Positions 39,701 to 50,480 of a stretch of 64,000 nucleotides of DNA are shown here, one piece after another. The position numbers were made by a program, and so were the translations under genes. A model generated the notes under the pieces. It made no database searches. It was not told the DNA's origin and saw only the letters and a program-made list of their open reading frames with translations. The stretch's first letter is position 1. The number at the start of each line of letters is the position of its first letter. The DNA is from Gordius albopunctatus. Taxonomy: Eukaryota. The stretch lies in NCBI GenBank assembly GCA_964276515.1, contig OZ193909.1:4464001-4528000 (forward strand). Reading direction: 5' to 3'.

Positions 39701-42700
39701 ATCGGCAGTTATTTTATAAATTTTTTAAAGTTTTGGGCTTTCTTGATTCAAAAACTTTCAATTTAAATTGCCCCAAAGTTCACCACTTTCGAATTATAAA
39801 CTGATTCCAAATTCGATTTTATAATATACTAGATGAACCCGGCAAACGTTGTTTTGCCATTTACCCGGGTGTATTAAATTATTTTGGAATTTTAGGGCAT
39901 ACATGATGATAAAGCGGTTATTGAAGTAAAAATAAAGTTTGATAATTTTTAAGCAAATATTTAAGGAGGGTCCAAGTTGAGCACTCCTAGGGCTTCCATT
40001 AACGTGTAATCTGTTATCGGTGTTGGTGTTGATAAGAAGAGGTGAAGTATGTCCGCTGCGTACTTCAATCGTGTTTGAGTGCCGGTGGATACTTTGATCG
40101 AATGTGTGCGAAAGTCGAGTATCAGCCCCAGGTATTCGATGGTGTTTGCTGCCCATACTGATGATTTACTGGTGTTTATGGTGAGGCCCCAGTCTTTGGC
40201 CATTTCCGCAATGTTTCCCAAGTCTTCTGTGACGTGGTCTTCGTCCTCAGCGAAGATTAAGATATCATCGAGGTACACATTGTAGTTGCAGTGCTTTACT
40301 GCCTTTTTAACCAGATCTGCGACTATTGTTTGAAGTACGAAGGGTGAGAAAGAGGCCCCCATTGGTAGGACTTCGTAATGATATAGTTTGTCTCGCCACT
40401 TGTAGCCGCAGTATCGTTTGGCGTTTTTGTGTAATGGTATGCTAAAGAACGCGGCTTTCAGATCTATTTTAGCCGCGTAATTGGCTTTTGCCAACTTTTT
40501 TGCTGTGAGGGGGATGGTAGCCAACTTGACTGGTAGATGCTTAAAATTCTTTGAAGCCTCTGACAGATCAGTGATAACGCGGGCATCCCCATTTTGCTTA
40601 GCTATGAAAAAGGTTGCGGAGGTGATGGCGAGCGACTGAGTCTCGGATACAACCCCCGCTTCTTTCATAGTGGTGAAGTAAGCTGGACTTCCCTTTGAGA
40701 TACCTTTACGCCTTTCTGGTCTGAATAGACCGTTGTTCCTCCTAATCTTAGGGAGGTCGAGTGGCGGTTTGAAACCTTCAAACGCAACTTTCAGCGTGAA
40801 GGGCGACATTAGAGGGTGTGGCTTTAGCCTTGAGGTCTTAATGTCGAGAGGCCCTTTGGGCTTGATTGCTACGCTCTGTTTGCCCCATAGGAAGATGGCT
40901 TTATGCCTGTCCACAAGGTCCGGGATGTGTCCCGAACCGGTGTCCCCGCCGAGGGATTCGTCATCGGGGTTAGTGCGATCGCTAACGTCGGTGGGTATCT
41001 TTGGATACTCTCTTGGCGGTAATGGAGGGGGCTGCGCTGGCCCATCGGAGTTTTCGTCATCTGCCGGATGCGCAGGGGAAAAGATCTGGCGGCGGGTCTC
41101 CTTTAAAAAGTTTTTAATTTGTTGCCACCACCTAGGAGAGCCCGAGTCTTTATCCCCGTTGAGAGTCGGTTCGCCCGAGGGCCCGTACTCCCACCGGCTG
41201 ACGGTGTTGCGTATTAGCTTACGAACGCGGGGCAGGGGCCGCGTTCTTCTGGAAGTGTCGGCTCGGCTTTTTGCCTTTGCCCCTGCCAGCTCCTGGAAAA
41301 AACGACTTTCGTGGTGACTTGGGTATTGCTATTTCAACATCTTTGAAACCCATGTCTGTGAGCCACGTTGTGTCGTGCTTGGCCGCGGTTGCCCAATTGA
41401 ATTTTATGGCCAAGCACAAAGTTTTAAGTTGCTTGTCGTGTGCTACTAATACTTCCAGGGGGGATGTCGGTAGACAAACTTGAGACATCATGATAGCATA
41501 TTTAGCTTCGTGTCTGTCTCTTTTTTGGACACGTTGGTCTGGATCTTTAAGGAGTTCCTCTAGACCTTGTGTGTGTTTTGCGATTTCCTCACATAGGAAA
41601 GCCGGGGTCTTGGGTGGATCCGGTGCCGGTATGATTTGAACCGTGGATGGCATTTGGATTGGAGCTATATTTGCTGGCTCTAGCTGCCTGAAACTAGGCC
41701 CCACCACAGACATCGATGCCGCTAGCATTTCCCTTAGGCTATCGATCTGGCGTTGATTCGCTCTGTTCTGTTCCCTCTGCATCTCCACCAGTTTAGATAT
41801 TAGGTCCGCCGAGCCCGCACCGGGAACCCCTGGTCTAACAGGGCTCGGGGGATTGCTAACATCTTCTTGGCCGTCCTCCGTGCTTCTTGTTCTAGGCATG
41901 TACGGGGGAAAAAAGGCGAAGGAAATTTTGGGGAGAATAAGGGAAAGTAAAAAATGGCAGAGAGGGCAAGTGCGTATAACACGTGGAACAGAAAAAATAT
42001 GGACCCCATGCCATGCCCCCCCCCCCCAAGGGAAAAATCTTTGGCCCCCTGACCCTTCAAGCAATTTTTTTATATTCTTTTGTAATTAAGAAACAATATC
42101 ATAATTATTTGTTTCTGAATAAAACTTTTAATTCTGAACTTAATAATTTCCGAAGAACTGAGATATATCAACATTTATTGGCACTTTGTTAGAGTATTTT
42201 CATTTTTCTCCTTATTTAACGCGCATAAAATGACAAAATTAGATTTTTTAATTTATTTAGCCACGCAGGAGGGGACACGACCGTCCTATAATAATAATAA
42301 TAAATGACGTGAGAAATAAGCAAAAAAAATGACTTTGATTCATGGGCGTACCCCTCCCCCCCTAATTAGCCAGGGGAGGGCGGCTACCCCCTGCGGGTCT
42401 CAGGGAAAATTTAGGAATTTAGTAGTCGAAGACCTTTTTTTGCTCTCATGAAAATTTTTGGATAGTCGATAAATTTTTTTTTTTAAATCTGCCCCCCCCT
42501 AATTCAAAACCTGCTTATTATACAATACCATTATTTTATTTTTCTAGTTAGCTGATTTATTTGAAATACAATTTTATTTAATAGAATAAAATAATTAATT
42601 GAAGGATGGATAATTATTAAAAATATGCTTTAAATGATCGACCACGTGATAATAATTTAAATATTATTTATTTAATTTAAATAGTTGATTAAACCCAAAT

Positions 42701-45700
42701 AATTTTGACCGTATACTCTAACATTCTTATTATACTTTTAAATATCTAATTCGAGAAAACTTCAGCCTTATATATATGAAGTCATTATTGTATATGCTGC
42801 TATAAATTAAACTGGCCGGGAAATGTGCGATATTTTTAAAACGAAAAGGTATTTTAGGAATCTGAAAAAGCTCTTTTACCCCTGGCATCCCTGGGCATCT
42901 ACGGCTAAATTTTCGCGTGAATCGGGCCGGTAGTTTTAGAATTAAGCCATTTTTTAAAACTAAAAGGCCCATATTTTTAAAACTAAAAGGAATTTTAGGA
43001 TTCTGAAAAAGCTATTTTACCCCTGGCCGCCCTGGGCATCATCTACGGTTAAATTTTCGCGCGAATCGGGCCTGTAGTTTAAGAATTTAGCCCTTACATA
43101 CATACACACATACATACATACATAGACCTTACTTTATATATATAGATAAATAAATTAACTAACCTAGTCTTTCTTTAATTTTTAAAATTTTCTTACTTTC
43201 TCTGGATATAAAATATAAATTTAATCGATTTAATAATTGCATAGATGCAAAAGAGGTTGAGGCTGGAAACTTGATTGATAGAATCAATTTGAGAAAAAAT
43301 TTGAAGTGCAAATCGTTTCGTTGGTTTTTGGAAAATGTATTCCCAGAAACTTCCCTACCGAAAAACTTCAAAAATCTAGTCAACGTAATTTAATAATTTT
43401 TCTATAACGACGTGTTTTAAGTTAAATTTTTTATAATATTTATAAAATCTGTAAAACATATACGTATAATATGTAAATAAATTAATTAGTTTAGAGGACA
43501 AAATTCAAATTTATGCATGGATACTATGAATCGCAAAGTAAACGACAAAATGGGTTTATTCATGTGTCAAGAAAGTAGGAATCAGGTTTAAAACAATTTA
43601 AATTGCTAATGTATTTAAACATTATTACTTATCAAAATTTCCGATCAAATATAAAATCGATAATTTAAAAATAATTTAAAAGTTACTAAAAATTTAATTT
43701 AAACGCACATTTTGGTTTTAAAGCTTTTAAACCATGAAGAAAATCTTATACGTAACAACGACGAATGTCTGGAATTCGATCCTCAAAATAATCAAATAAT
43801 TCTCAAAACGTGCCGACAGAACGTTAACACTCAATTATGGGACTATGACGAAAAAGTAAATAATTTATTATATTGATGTATTCACTAACTAATTGAGGTT
43901 TAGGTTGCAAAGTTTTTATATCTTTAAAAAAATCTGTATTTCCTTAAATGTATAAGTTCGTTCATTGTTGGTAGATTTTGTTTTAACCTTGTATTTCAAT
44001 ACTTAATTATAAAATTTCGAACTGTTTTAAATAGTTAAAGATATCCCCATATTAAGTATTCATTAAAGTTTTAAATTCTTCAAAAATCTAAAATTTAATT
44101 TAATTCATTTTTTGGCATATTCACATTTTAATTTTTATTTAAGGCTTGTAGAAGCATTAATTTTCCACATTTTATTGGTGCTTGTATTTTTGTACTAGTT
44201 TACCTCCTAGAGCACTTTGCAATATCATATATTTATGATTCAGTCGTTGCCGTTTGTTTTGATTAGTTTTTTCTCGAGTTAAGGCCGTCCGGCTATATTT
44301 TTGTCCATTGCCCTTTCTATGCAACACGAGGTCGTCTTCTTCCCCGACATATTTATGTGTATTACTTTTCAAATCACATCATTAGCATTCTTAGTATATG
44401 ACCATACCACCTTAGCCAATTTGGCTGATTTAAAATCCACTTGGCTTCGTAAGATCGGGCTAGAAAACGAGACACAATTGGTACTTTAGCCAGGTTGCGA
44501 GAGGCCTGTGACAGATCGGTGATGACTCGGGCGTGGGAGGTCCCGATTTTATCTAAAAGAGTGGGACTTCTTTACGAGATTTCTCTCCTAAAAGCGGACA
44601 CCGCCGAGCCATATTTTTGGTATGTCTATGTAGGGTCGAAAACTAACCTGCCCAATCTTGACCGTAAAGGGCGAGTGTGAAGGCAGCGGGGCAAGGTGGT
44701 GTTGATAGCTCTCTAGAGATTTCGAGCCTTCATTGATGGCGAACGAGTCGTCAATTTCGGTGATTCGAATACCCAGCTGGCAAAGCTGTGGTGTAGTCGG
44801 TCGGCTGTGGAATAAACGCCAGTTGGACCGAAAGGCAAAGAGAGAATATTATCATCTTCGGCACCTGACCTTAGTTAAAAACCACGATATTTTGAGGTTG
44901 CGGGCCTTATTCGCGCCTATACATCTACCAGACCCTGGAACTGCCTCTTGGTTGTAATGATAGATTTTAACGTTTTTAAAACTAACTTTGTTCAAATTTA
45001 TGTTTTTTGTTTACCTTTTTATGTTTGTGTTGACCGTGGCTGTGTCGTCGGCTAAGAAGTCATATTCGGATTATGGCGGTCTCGTTCAGGCTCGGTAGTC
45101 CGGGTCGGTTGTTTGATGAGCACATTAACCGGAAAGCTGAAAAATACTTCTTATGTTCGTGGAGATCGAGGTCAGTTTAACCGGGAAATGGTGTTGTTGC
45201 AGATATGGTTTCTACACCACTACAGCAGTGTCAACCATGGTTAAGCAATATGAGGGTTTGCCTCAGGATATGGCCTTGCGCCTACTGGCGAGGAAGATGC
45301 CAAACAAGACATACTATTTTTCAGCATATTCAGTTAACTAATTTTTAGCGTATTCAATTAAAGCATGGAGACCTTTATTTCTATTAGTGATGTGTAAGGG
45401 TTCGGGCGGGGTGGGGTTAGGTGGGGTAGATGATCCTTTATTATAGCGGTTTATTAATTTGTGGAAGAAAAAAACACGAAGCCATCATACTATTTTCTAG
45501 CAAAGGCCTGGAGACCTTTCTTGCTATTAGTGGTGTCTAGGGGTTTGGGGGGATAGGCGAGGTAGATGATCCTTTATTATAGCGGCATAATAATTTGTGG
45601 CGGCCTAAAATATGAAGCCTTTTAGAACCTAAGTCTGCCGACTGAAGACGGTCTGCACCTGTTTGATGGTGCTCGAATCGTTGGAGAGGAAGAAGATACT

Positions 45701-48075
45701 ACAACAATCTGTTGGCATTTGGATGGCATTTGGATCCCTCTTGTTGCTCCGGTCGGGAGTTTGGAGGGAAAGTCTCCAAATTTGGAATGAGTTGAGCAGC
45801 AACCTGAGAGACTTGGAACTATTTCATCCTCGAGAAGCGATGAGCCGGTACGACTTTCCAGAAACCTGCCAGTTAATCGCGCTTCACGCCCGGGAGAGGC
45901 CGGCGTAATTCTGAAGAAACGGCAGGGTTCAATAATAACAGCCGACAGCTACGGACGACCACAAGATTAATATTACAATTTTCTTCAAAGGATTTCCATT
46001 CCTAACCGCGGTGGTCCAGTTGATTGCTGTGGCCAGGGTTCTGAGCCGGGCAACAGTCTCCTCAACAAAGAGTCTTCGAAAAAAGGGTTTTTGCCATTAG
46101 GAATTATTTACTAGTTTCCTTCCTGTCACGTTATAATATTTCAACCATGCTAATGTTTGGCTCAATGTCGGGAAGTTTCTGTTGAGCCCTAAACCTAGAG
46201 ATTGAGTTCATTTGCTAAGCAGGGGTGAGATAGTTTTCAGGGTCGTCCGTGGGCCTGGTTACGTCCATGCTGACACCGTCGCTTTAAGTTATTTCGAAGT
46301 TATCTGCAAAAAGTCGTTATACAATGAGAGCATACCACCAATGTTCGGTTTGCGGTTTTCGGATAATAAATTTCAATTTCGCTCCTCAAAATAACTCTGT
46401 TTTTAAACGGTACACCTATGCAAAATAAAAGGAGCCATTAATATCTTGAGAATATTGCAAAGATAAATAGTTATGTAGATGTCCAAAATTTTGACAACCC
46501 TCTAAATACCAGGTTTATATCAATTTTTTAAAATGTTTCAGAACCAATTGAGATTTCTACAAAAGGTAGTGTCTGGCTCTCGTAGGCCCCAAAAATAAAA
46601 ACGATTTTGGTTGGGGGCCGGGGTCACACAATTTACTTTTCATTTCTTTGCAAAATATATATTTAGCAATAAACAAACTTTTTAATTTTTTAGTTATTAT
46701 AAATCATGAATCAAAAAGTTGGAAAGTGAGCCCATAAATCGCATAGCAATTAATAAAATGCCTAGTTTTCGAGCAATGTAAAATAATAAGTTTCAGTAAT
46801 TTCCTCTAAATTGTTTTTTTATTAAGCATGCTAAAACTTATTATAAGGATATTTCGATTAAAAAGAGGAAAATATGAAAGTTTCATCTAAAAATAGTACT
46901 GTAAACATTTTTAAAAAATCTAACGCGTTCAAAGTTCATTGTCAAAAATCGAACGCGTTCACGTTCGTTTTCAAAAAAAGGAGCGCGTTCACATTCATGA
47001 ACGCGTTCACGTTCGTTCAAAATTTTATGATAATTTTTTTTTAAATTTAATTTAATTAATATAAATAAATGTCTTATATATTTAAAGTCCATGATAAAAA
47101 ATAATAGTTTTATTTCGATAATATAATTGTAAATACAATATAATATAATCGAGCGAATAGAAAGATTTTTTATTTATAAAATTTTTTTTTCAAAATTTTC
47201 GTCGGATAATCAAGAACGCTTGGCAGTTAATACTAAAAACCCGCTCCACAGGGGCAGACGAGGAGATAGTATAATACTTAATAAACAAATCTTTTAAAGC
47301 AGGAAATTTATTAAAAACATTTAAAGTTTTGTCCTTCGCTTCAAATAATTGCGATAAGATTACTTCCTCGTCAAAAAACGATATTTCGGAATCGACAGTT
47401 CACTTTCATTATCAATTCTAGGGGTTTCAATCCCTTTTTTCAATAAAACTAAAAGTTTATTCTTTTTTACATTTAGTAATTATTGAATTCGGTTCTTTAT
47501 GAGAGATGAGTGAAAATTATTTATTATATTTTGGCCATGCAATGTCAATTCATCTGCTGATTTTGAATATTGAGAAAAGATGACGACGATATAATAATAT
47601 AATTCTCCATATTAACCTATAAATTAAAATATAATTAATAATATCAAATTAATAAACTTTAATCTTCTTTTGCACGTTATGGTATGTTAAAAGTATTTCG
47701 GAATAGGTAATAGGAAAAACAGCTGATTAAGCTTTTTGTTACAAAATTCGGATTAACATTATTTTTCAAATAAATAAAAATAAAAAGGGTTTTTAAAATT
47801 GAACCAACATTAAATTCGAACGCGTTCATCAAAAAAGGACGCGTTCACGTTCAAAGTTCACAAAAAAAGGTACGCCGTTCATCAATTTTTCCAAAAATTT
47901 GAACAAAAATAATTCAATGCTGTATTGTCAGGATCGTAGCTTAAGGCCTCGATTTAAGCCAAATATGTGCGTTGGGAGAGGAAAAGATTTGGAAGATAAT
48001 AGCGATAGACTGACGATAGATCAATGCGATGGGCAAGAACTCCAGAGATGGCTTCGAATTCCCGTTTCGATATAA
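21781..48075 (+). CDS. GALNT1-like: Polypeptide N-acetylgalactosaminyltransferase paralogue B, complete type II membrane protein (about 599 aa, or 615 aa with the putative micro-exon)
   Basis: Exons: 21781-22051 (ATG; TM segment [21 protein letters not shown] resembling the GALNT1 anchor), putative 26471-26518, 26639-26804 (GPGENG), 27856-28022, 28705-28918 (FLDAHCE), 38277-38447, 39029-39146 (WGTEN), 39435-39615, 43245-43384, 43490-43585, 43724-43855, 47932-48075 (TAA). Summed length 1848 nt, in frame; exon sizes match paralogues A and C. Confidence 0.92.
23588..23934. repeat. Long inverted repeat (about 160-bp arms, 28-nt spacer) in gene B intron 1
   Basis: 23588-23746 is the near-perfect reverse complement of 23775-23934. 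Confidence 0.9.
26138..26340. mobile_element. MITE family copy (TAG(T/C)G(C/T)TGTAAAA terminus); related copies at about 3110-3210 and 17068-17236
   Basis: Shared core (CCTT)TGGTTTT(A/G)GTC.A.TAAA.A.AAACAGA and terminus TAGTGTTGTAAAA / TTTTACAACGCTA. Confidence 0.6.
29640..30490 (-). mobile_element. Decayed CRE-clade (RLE) non-LTR retrotransposon 3' part
   Basis: Minus-strand fragments [46 protein letters not shown] and [31 protein letters not shown] match the CRE post-RT, Zn-knuckle and restriction-like endonuclease region. Confidence 0.7.
30495..31020 (+). mobile_element. Decayed RTE LINE 5' end (leader plus start of APE endonuclease)
   Basis: Starts CCCAAGTCCGTGT..GTGGAGGGT, as at 57952, and continues through RASS.NDAHC and WNV homology. 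Confidence 0.8.
31420..32815 (-). mobile_element. Internally deleted Hermes/hobo-like hAT transposon retaining the N-terminal BED finger and DNA-binding domain
   Basis: 20-bp TIR TAGAGACCTGCACGGCCCGG; perfect TSD GGTTGAAT (31412-31419 and 32816-32823). Contains SDVWKRF..CKTC..HLKRHKC (BED finger), [14 protein letters not shown] and [11 protein letters not shown] across a frameshift. Confidence 0.93.
33088..34572 (+). mobile_element. Internally deleted hAT transposon with dimerisation-domain remnant
   Basis: Ends TAGAGATG and CATCACTA; TSD GTTGTGGC / GTTGTAGC (7 of 8); GAGCA subterminal repeats. ORF 33371-33583 reads [29 protein letters not shown] sequence is contiguous on either side. Confidence 0.88.
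36572..37385 (+). mobile_element. Second CRE-clade remnant, inverted homologue of 29640-30490
   Basis: Reverse-complement similarity, for example CCCGTCCGTTCTAGAGCCGT versus ACGGCTCTAAAACGGACGGG, and CCCTTGCCGAAGCCCGTAA versus TTACGGGCTTCGGCAAGGG. Confidence 0.7.
39961..41328 (-). CDS. Reverse transcriptase ORF2 (frame open for 455 codons; first GTG at 40914)
   Basis: [70 protein letters not shown]. No stop in this frame between the TAG at 41331-41329 and the TAA at 39963-39961. Confidence 0.9.
   Translation of the reverse strand, partial: QYPSHHESRFFQELAGAKAKSRADTSRRTRPLPRVRKLIRNTVSRWEYGPSGEPTLNGDKDSGSPRWWQQIKNFLKETRRQIFSPAHPADDENSDGPAQPPPLPPREYPKIPTDVSDRTNPDDESLGGDTGSGHIPDLVDRHKAIFLWGKQSVAIKPKGPLDIKTSRLKPHPLMSPFTLKVAFEGFKPPLDLPKIRRNNGLFRPERRKGISKGSPAYFTTMKEAGVVSETQSLAITSATFFIAKQNGDARVITDLSEASKNFKHLPVKLATIPLTAKKLAKANYAAKIDLKAAFFSIPLHKNAKRYCGYKWRDKLYHYEVLPMGASFSPFVLQTIVADLVKKAVKHCNYNVYLDDILIFAEDEDHVTEDLGNIAEMAKDWGLTINTSKSSVWAANTIEYLGLILDFRTHSIKVSTGTQTRLKYAADILHLFLSTPTPITDYTLMEALGVLNLDPP
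41219..41899 (-). CDS. Gag-like ORF1 of the retroelement (226 aa from the ATG at 41899)
   Basis: MPRTRST start, coiled-coil-like stretch, Pro-rich linker, [19 protein letters not shown] (reminiscent of the DIRS/PAT gag L.LA...W.T motif) and a basic C-terminal tail. Confidence 0.65.
   Translation of the reverse strand: MPRTRSTEDGQEDVSNPPSPVRPGVPGAGSADLISKLVEMQREQNRANQRQIDSLREMLAASMSVVGPSFRQLEPANIAPIQMPSTVQIIPAPDPPKTPAFLCEEIAKHTQGLEELLKDPDQRVQKRDRHEAKYAIMMSQVCLPTSPLEVLVAHDKQLKTLCLAIKFNWATAAKHDTTWLTDMGFKDVEIAIPKSPRKSFFPGAGRGKGKKPSRHFQKNAAPAPRS
42805..43146 (-). mobile_element. Helitron/Helentron-derived (DINE-1/Lep1-like) non-autonomous element with an internal tandem duplication of about 140 bp
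   Basis: Minus strand starts A|TCTATATATATAAAG followed by a (TATG)n microsatellite. 42830-42950 is repeated at 42972-43092. Confidence 0.65.
44170..46400 (-). mobile_element. GC-richer decayed retroelement-like segment, family undetermined
   Basis: Composition shift relative to flanks; minus-strand FLADDTA near 45035-45060; a direct repeat at about 45367-45465 and 45509-45600. No long ORF. Confidence 0.35.
46895..47885. mobile_element. Non-autonomous DNA transposon with GAACGCGTTC subterminal arrays at both ends
   Basis: Motif clusters at 46920-47020 and 47815-47885; the right part is homologous to 1-403. Ends about 45 nt before the last gene B exon. Confidence 0.7.
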
Positions 48076-49051
48076 ACTTTATTCCTATTTTTTACTCGTC
48101 TTAGATGACATGGCATTACATTAAATGTAACGACGTCCTTTGTTAAATCACATATCATTGATATGTAAAACAAATTGTATCTTCATTATTTGTTTTATTT
48201 ATAATAATCAAAGCGGTGATTTATTTATACTAAAAGCATCCTAGTTCAATAGTTGAACATTATGAATTCATCGAATAGGAATTTTTTTCACACTTTTACA
48301 ACTTATAGATAAGTCGTTTGAAGTTGAATTTAATTAATTTATCTTCTTGAGCGAATATGGGATTCGATTGGAAACGGGGATTAAGCATGATAAAGCGTCT
48401 GACATTTATTTGTCGATCCCGGTATATATTTAATAGTTACTTCGTCTTCCTGTATTTTTATCGTGTGAACGGTCTGTGATTACTTTATTTAGTTATGAAT
48501 GAGGGGTATTTTGCCCTTTAGTCTATTTACTCCTAATATAAAAATGCCCCTGAAATTTAAATTGCAGCTATTAATAGTATTTAGTTTTATTAGTTCTGTC
48601 AAACTGATATAAATTTTTACCATGGTAAATATAACTGCTAATTTTACCAAGATCCGGTAAAAATTAATTCCAAGTAATAGAGCTTATCATCCATATTTTT
48701 ATCTGAATCCTAATATCTCTAACTCGATACATAGAATTTCTGGCAATCGATACGAAATTTAAAACAATATCTAGCGTCATCGTGAAAAGGTAAAACGACA
48801 AATAGAAAACTATTTAATGTACTCAGCAAACTTTTTATAATAATATAGAGAGGTTATACTCGTCGGCAAATGTAACGTATTAGTAATAATAAGACACAAA
48901 ACTAAGTTGGATTATTAAATAAAAATTTCTTTATATAAATGATAATGGTTTAGAAAATAAATTATATATAAAAATGCATTCAAATTGATTTAATGAGAAA
49001 CCGTCGACCTAGCTTATTAAAGTGTATTTAAATCCTTACGACAGTCCCAAG

Positions 49052-49385
49052 CAGAGCTCAGATTTGTTTGAAATTTTCTTCCCGGATCCGGCCAAATTCA
49101 ATTTTAACTTCATTGCCATCCAAGGGCCCGGCCGAACCCATCTAAGTGTCCGTCCAGGCCCGCCCAAATCGTTAAAGCTGCCCGAATTGCCCGGCCCGAA
49201 ATATCACATTTGCCCATTAGTCCCGAATTTATCCGATCCCAAACAGAGGTCATATTTGTTTACATTTTTCTGTCCGAACCCGGCCCGATCCAAATTTTTA
49301 GCTAAATTACCCGCCTGAACCCTTCTAAGTGTCCGATCGACCATGTCCGAACCATTAGAGCTGCCAGGCCGATTAATTAAATTTG
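49052..49385. repeat. Two tandem hAT-like terminal segments rich in CCCGAACCCGGCCCG; related copy at about 25222-25620
   Basis: CAGAG(C/G)TCA.ATTTGTTT starts at about 49052 and 49244; shared CCCTTCTAAGTG and TAGAGCTGCC with 25222-25350. Confidence 0.6.
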
Positions 49386-49651
49386 CCCCTTGAATTCGAG
49401 TTTATGCAATTCACTTTTAAAAAAGGGTCACAATTAGGTTAATAAAAAATTATTTCAATTACTAATACTTACTTTGCTATAGATTATAATGGAGGAAATT
49501 TTTATTTGAAGCAAAAAAAGAATGGTTGTTAGATTCTAAAAATAAGTAATAGCGTAGATAAGGAAAGGGCGAATGAAATGGGGCAAAAAAGAATGATACG
49601 GAAATTAATTATTATAGAAATAGCGTACCCGGAATTTCTAACCTCTGTTTG

Positions 49652-50480
49652 CAAATCCGTGTCAAAAAGTGGAGGGTTGCCATCAGTTCGGAAATCGGCT
49701 GTAAAAATAGACCCCAAAATCGTGATAGTTTCAAACAAAACTTAACAGGCGCTCTCCAAAAAGGAGGCGCTTTTCATGGCACGCCCTTGCAATATAAAAA
49801 ATATATTGGGGTTACCGTCTGATACATAACAAAGGCGGTTAAGGAAACGTTGTGGAAAGAATGTGAATAACATGCCGGAATGTGAGCACGTTGGGGGGAA
49901 AGAGCATCGATGTCGCAAAAATGCTAACAATAAGAAAGTTACCCTTCGCCTGCCTGCAAGAGACGAGGTGAAATGGAACCAAAGCTCGGGAGTTGGAGAG
50001 GCTTACAAGCTATTCTGTAGTGGGTCATAAAATTGAAGAAACGGGATCGGTATCGTTCTAAGCGAATCGTCCAAGGATAAGGGGGTGACAGGTTATTGTG
50101 GGTAAAGATAGCAGATCAAAAAATCTCCTAATTTTATATGCCATTATGCTCCTTAAATTGGGTGTATGGAATCAGATATTCTTCGATTGATTGAAAAAGG
50201 AAATTAAGGATTAGGACAAAATGAAAAGTAAATTATTGGGACGGGCTCACCTAGGGAAAGATCGCCTCGGATGGAGGTTGTGGGTATGGCCTGAAGAACA
50301 AGGTAGGGGAAAAAACTACTCGTATCCCAAGCATGCGACATGGCGATCGTTAACAAGTATTCTCAAAAACGGGAAAATCATATTGGGTAAAACCGATTCA
50401 CATCGAGCCCGAGGTATAAAACCCTAACAAAAACGGAGTTTCGTATCAAACATAACCAAGTGTGTTTTTAGGGCGAATGT
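49652..50480 (+). mobile_element. Decayed RTE LINE 5' fragment
   Basis: Same leader TCCGTGT..AAAAGTGGAGGGTTG and APE-coding homology (CAAGAGACGAGGTG, AACGGGATCGGTATCGTTCT) to 57952-58900. Confidence 0.75.

Larger units (their letters stand above)
39961..41985 (-). mobile_element. 3'-truncated DIRS-like (tyrosine-recombinase class) or hepadnavirus-like retroelement in a gene B intron
   Basis: GC-rich island with two stop-free overlapping ORFs (gag-like and RT). No RNase H, recombinase, integrase or terminal repeats seen. Confidence 0.8.

Noticed and set aside
39961..40914. Bacterial retron, DGR or group II intron RT (contamination or horizontal transfer)
   Set aside because: Motifs (LPMG..SP, YLDD, YLG) and an upstream gag-like ORF fit eukaryotic retroelements; no msr/msd, TR/VR pair or intron RNA is seen.
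40733..41317. 194-aa plus-strand ORF
   Set aside because: Antisense shadow of the GC-rich gag/RT frames, with no recognisable motifs and no ATG start.
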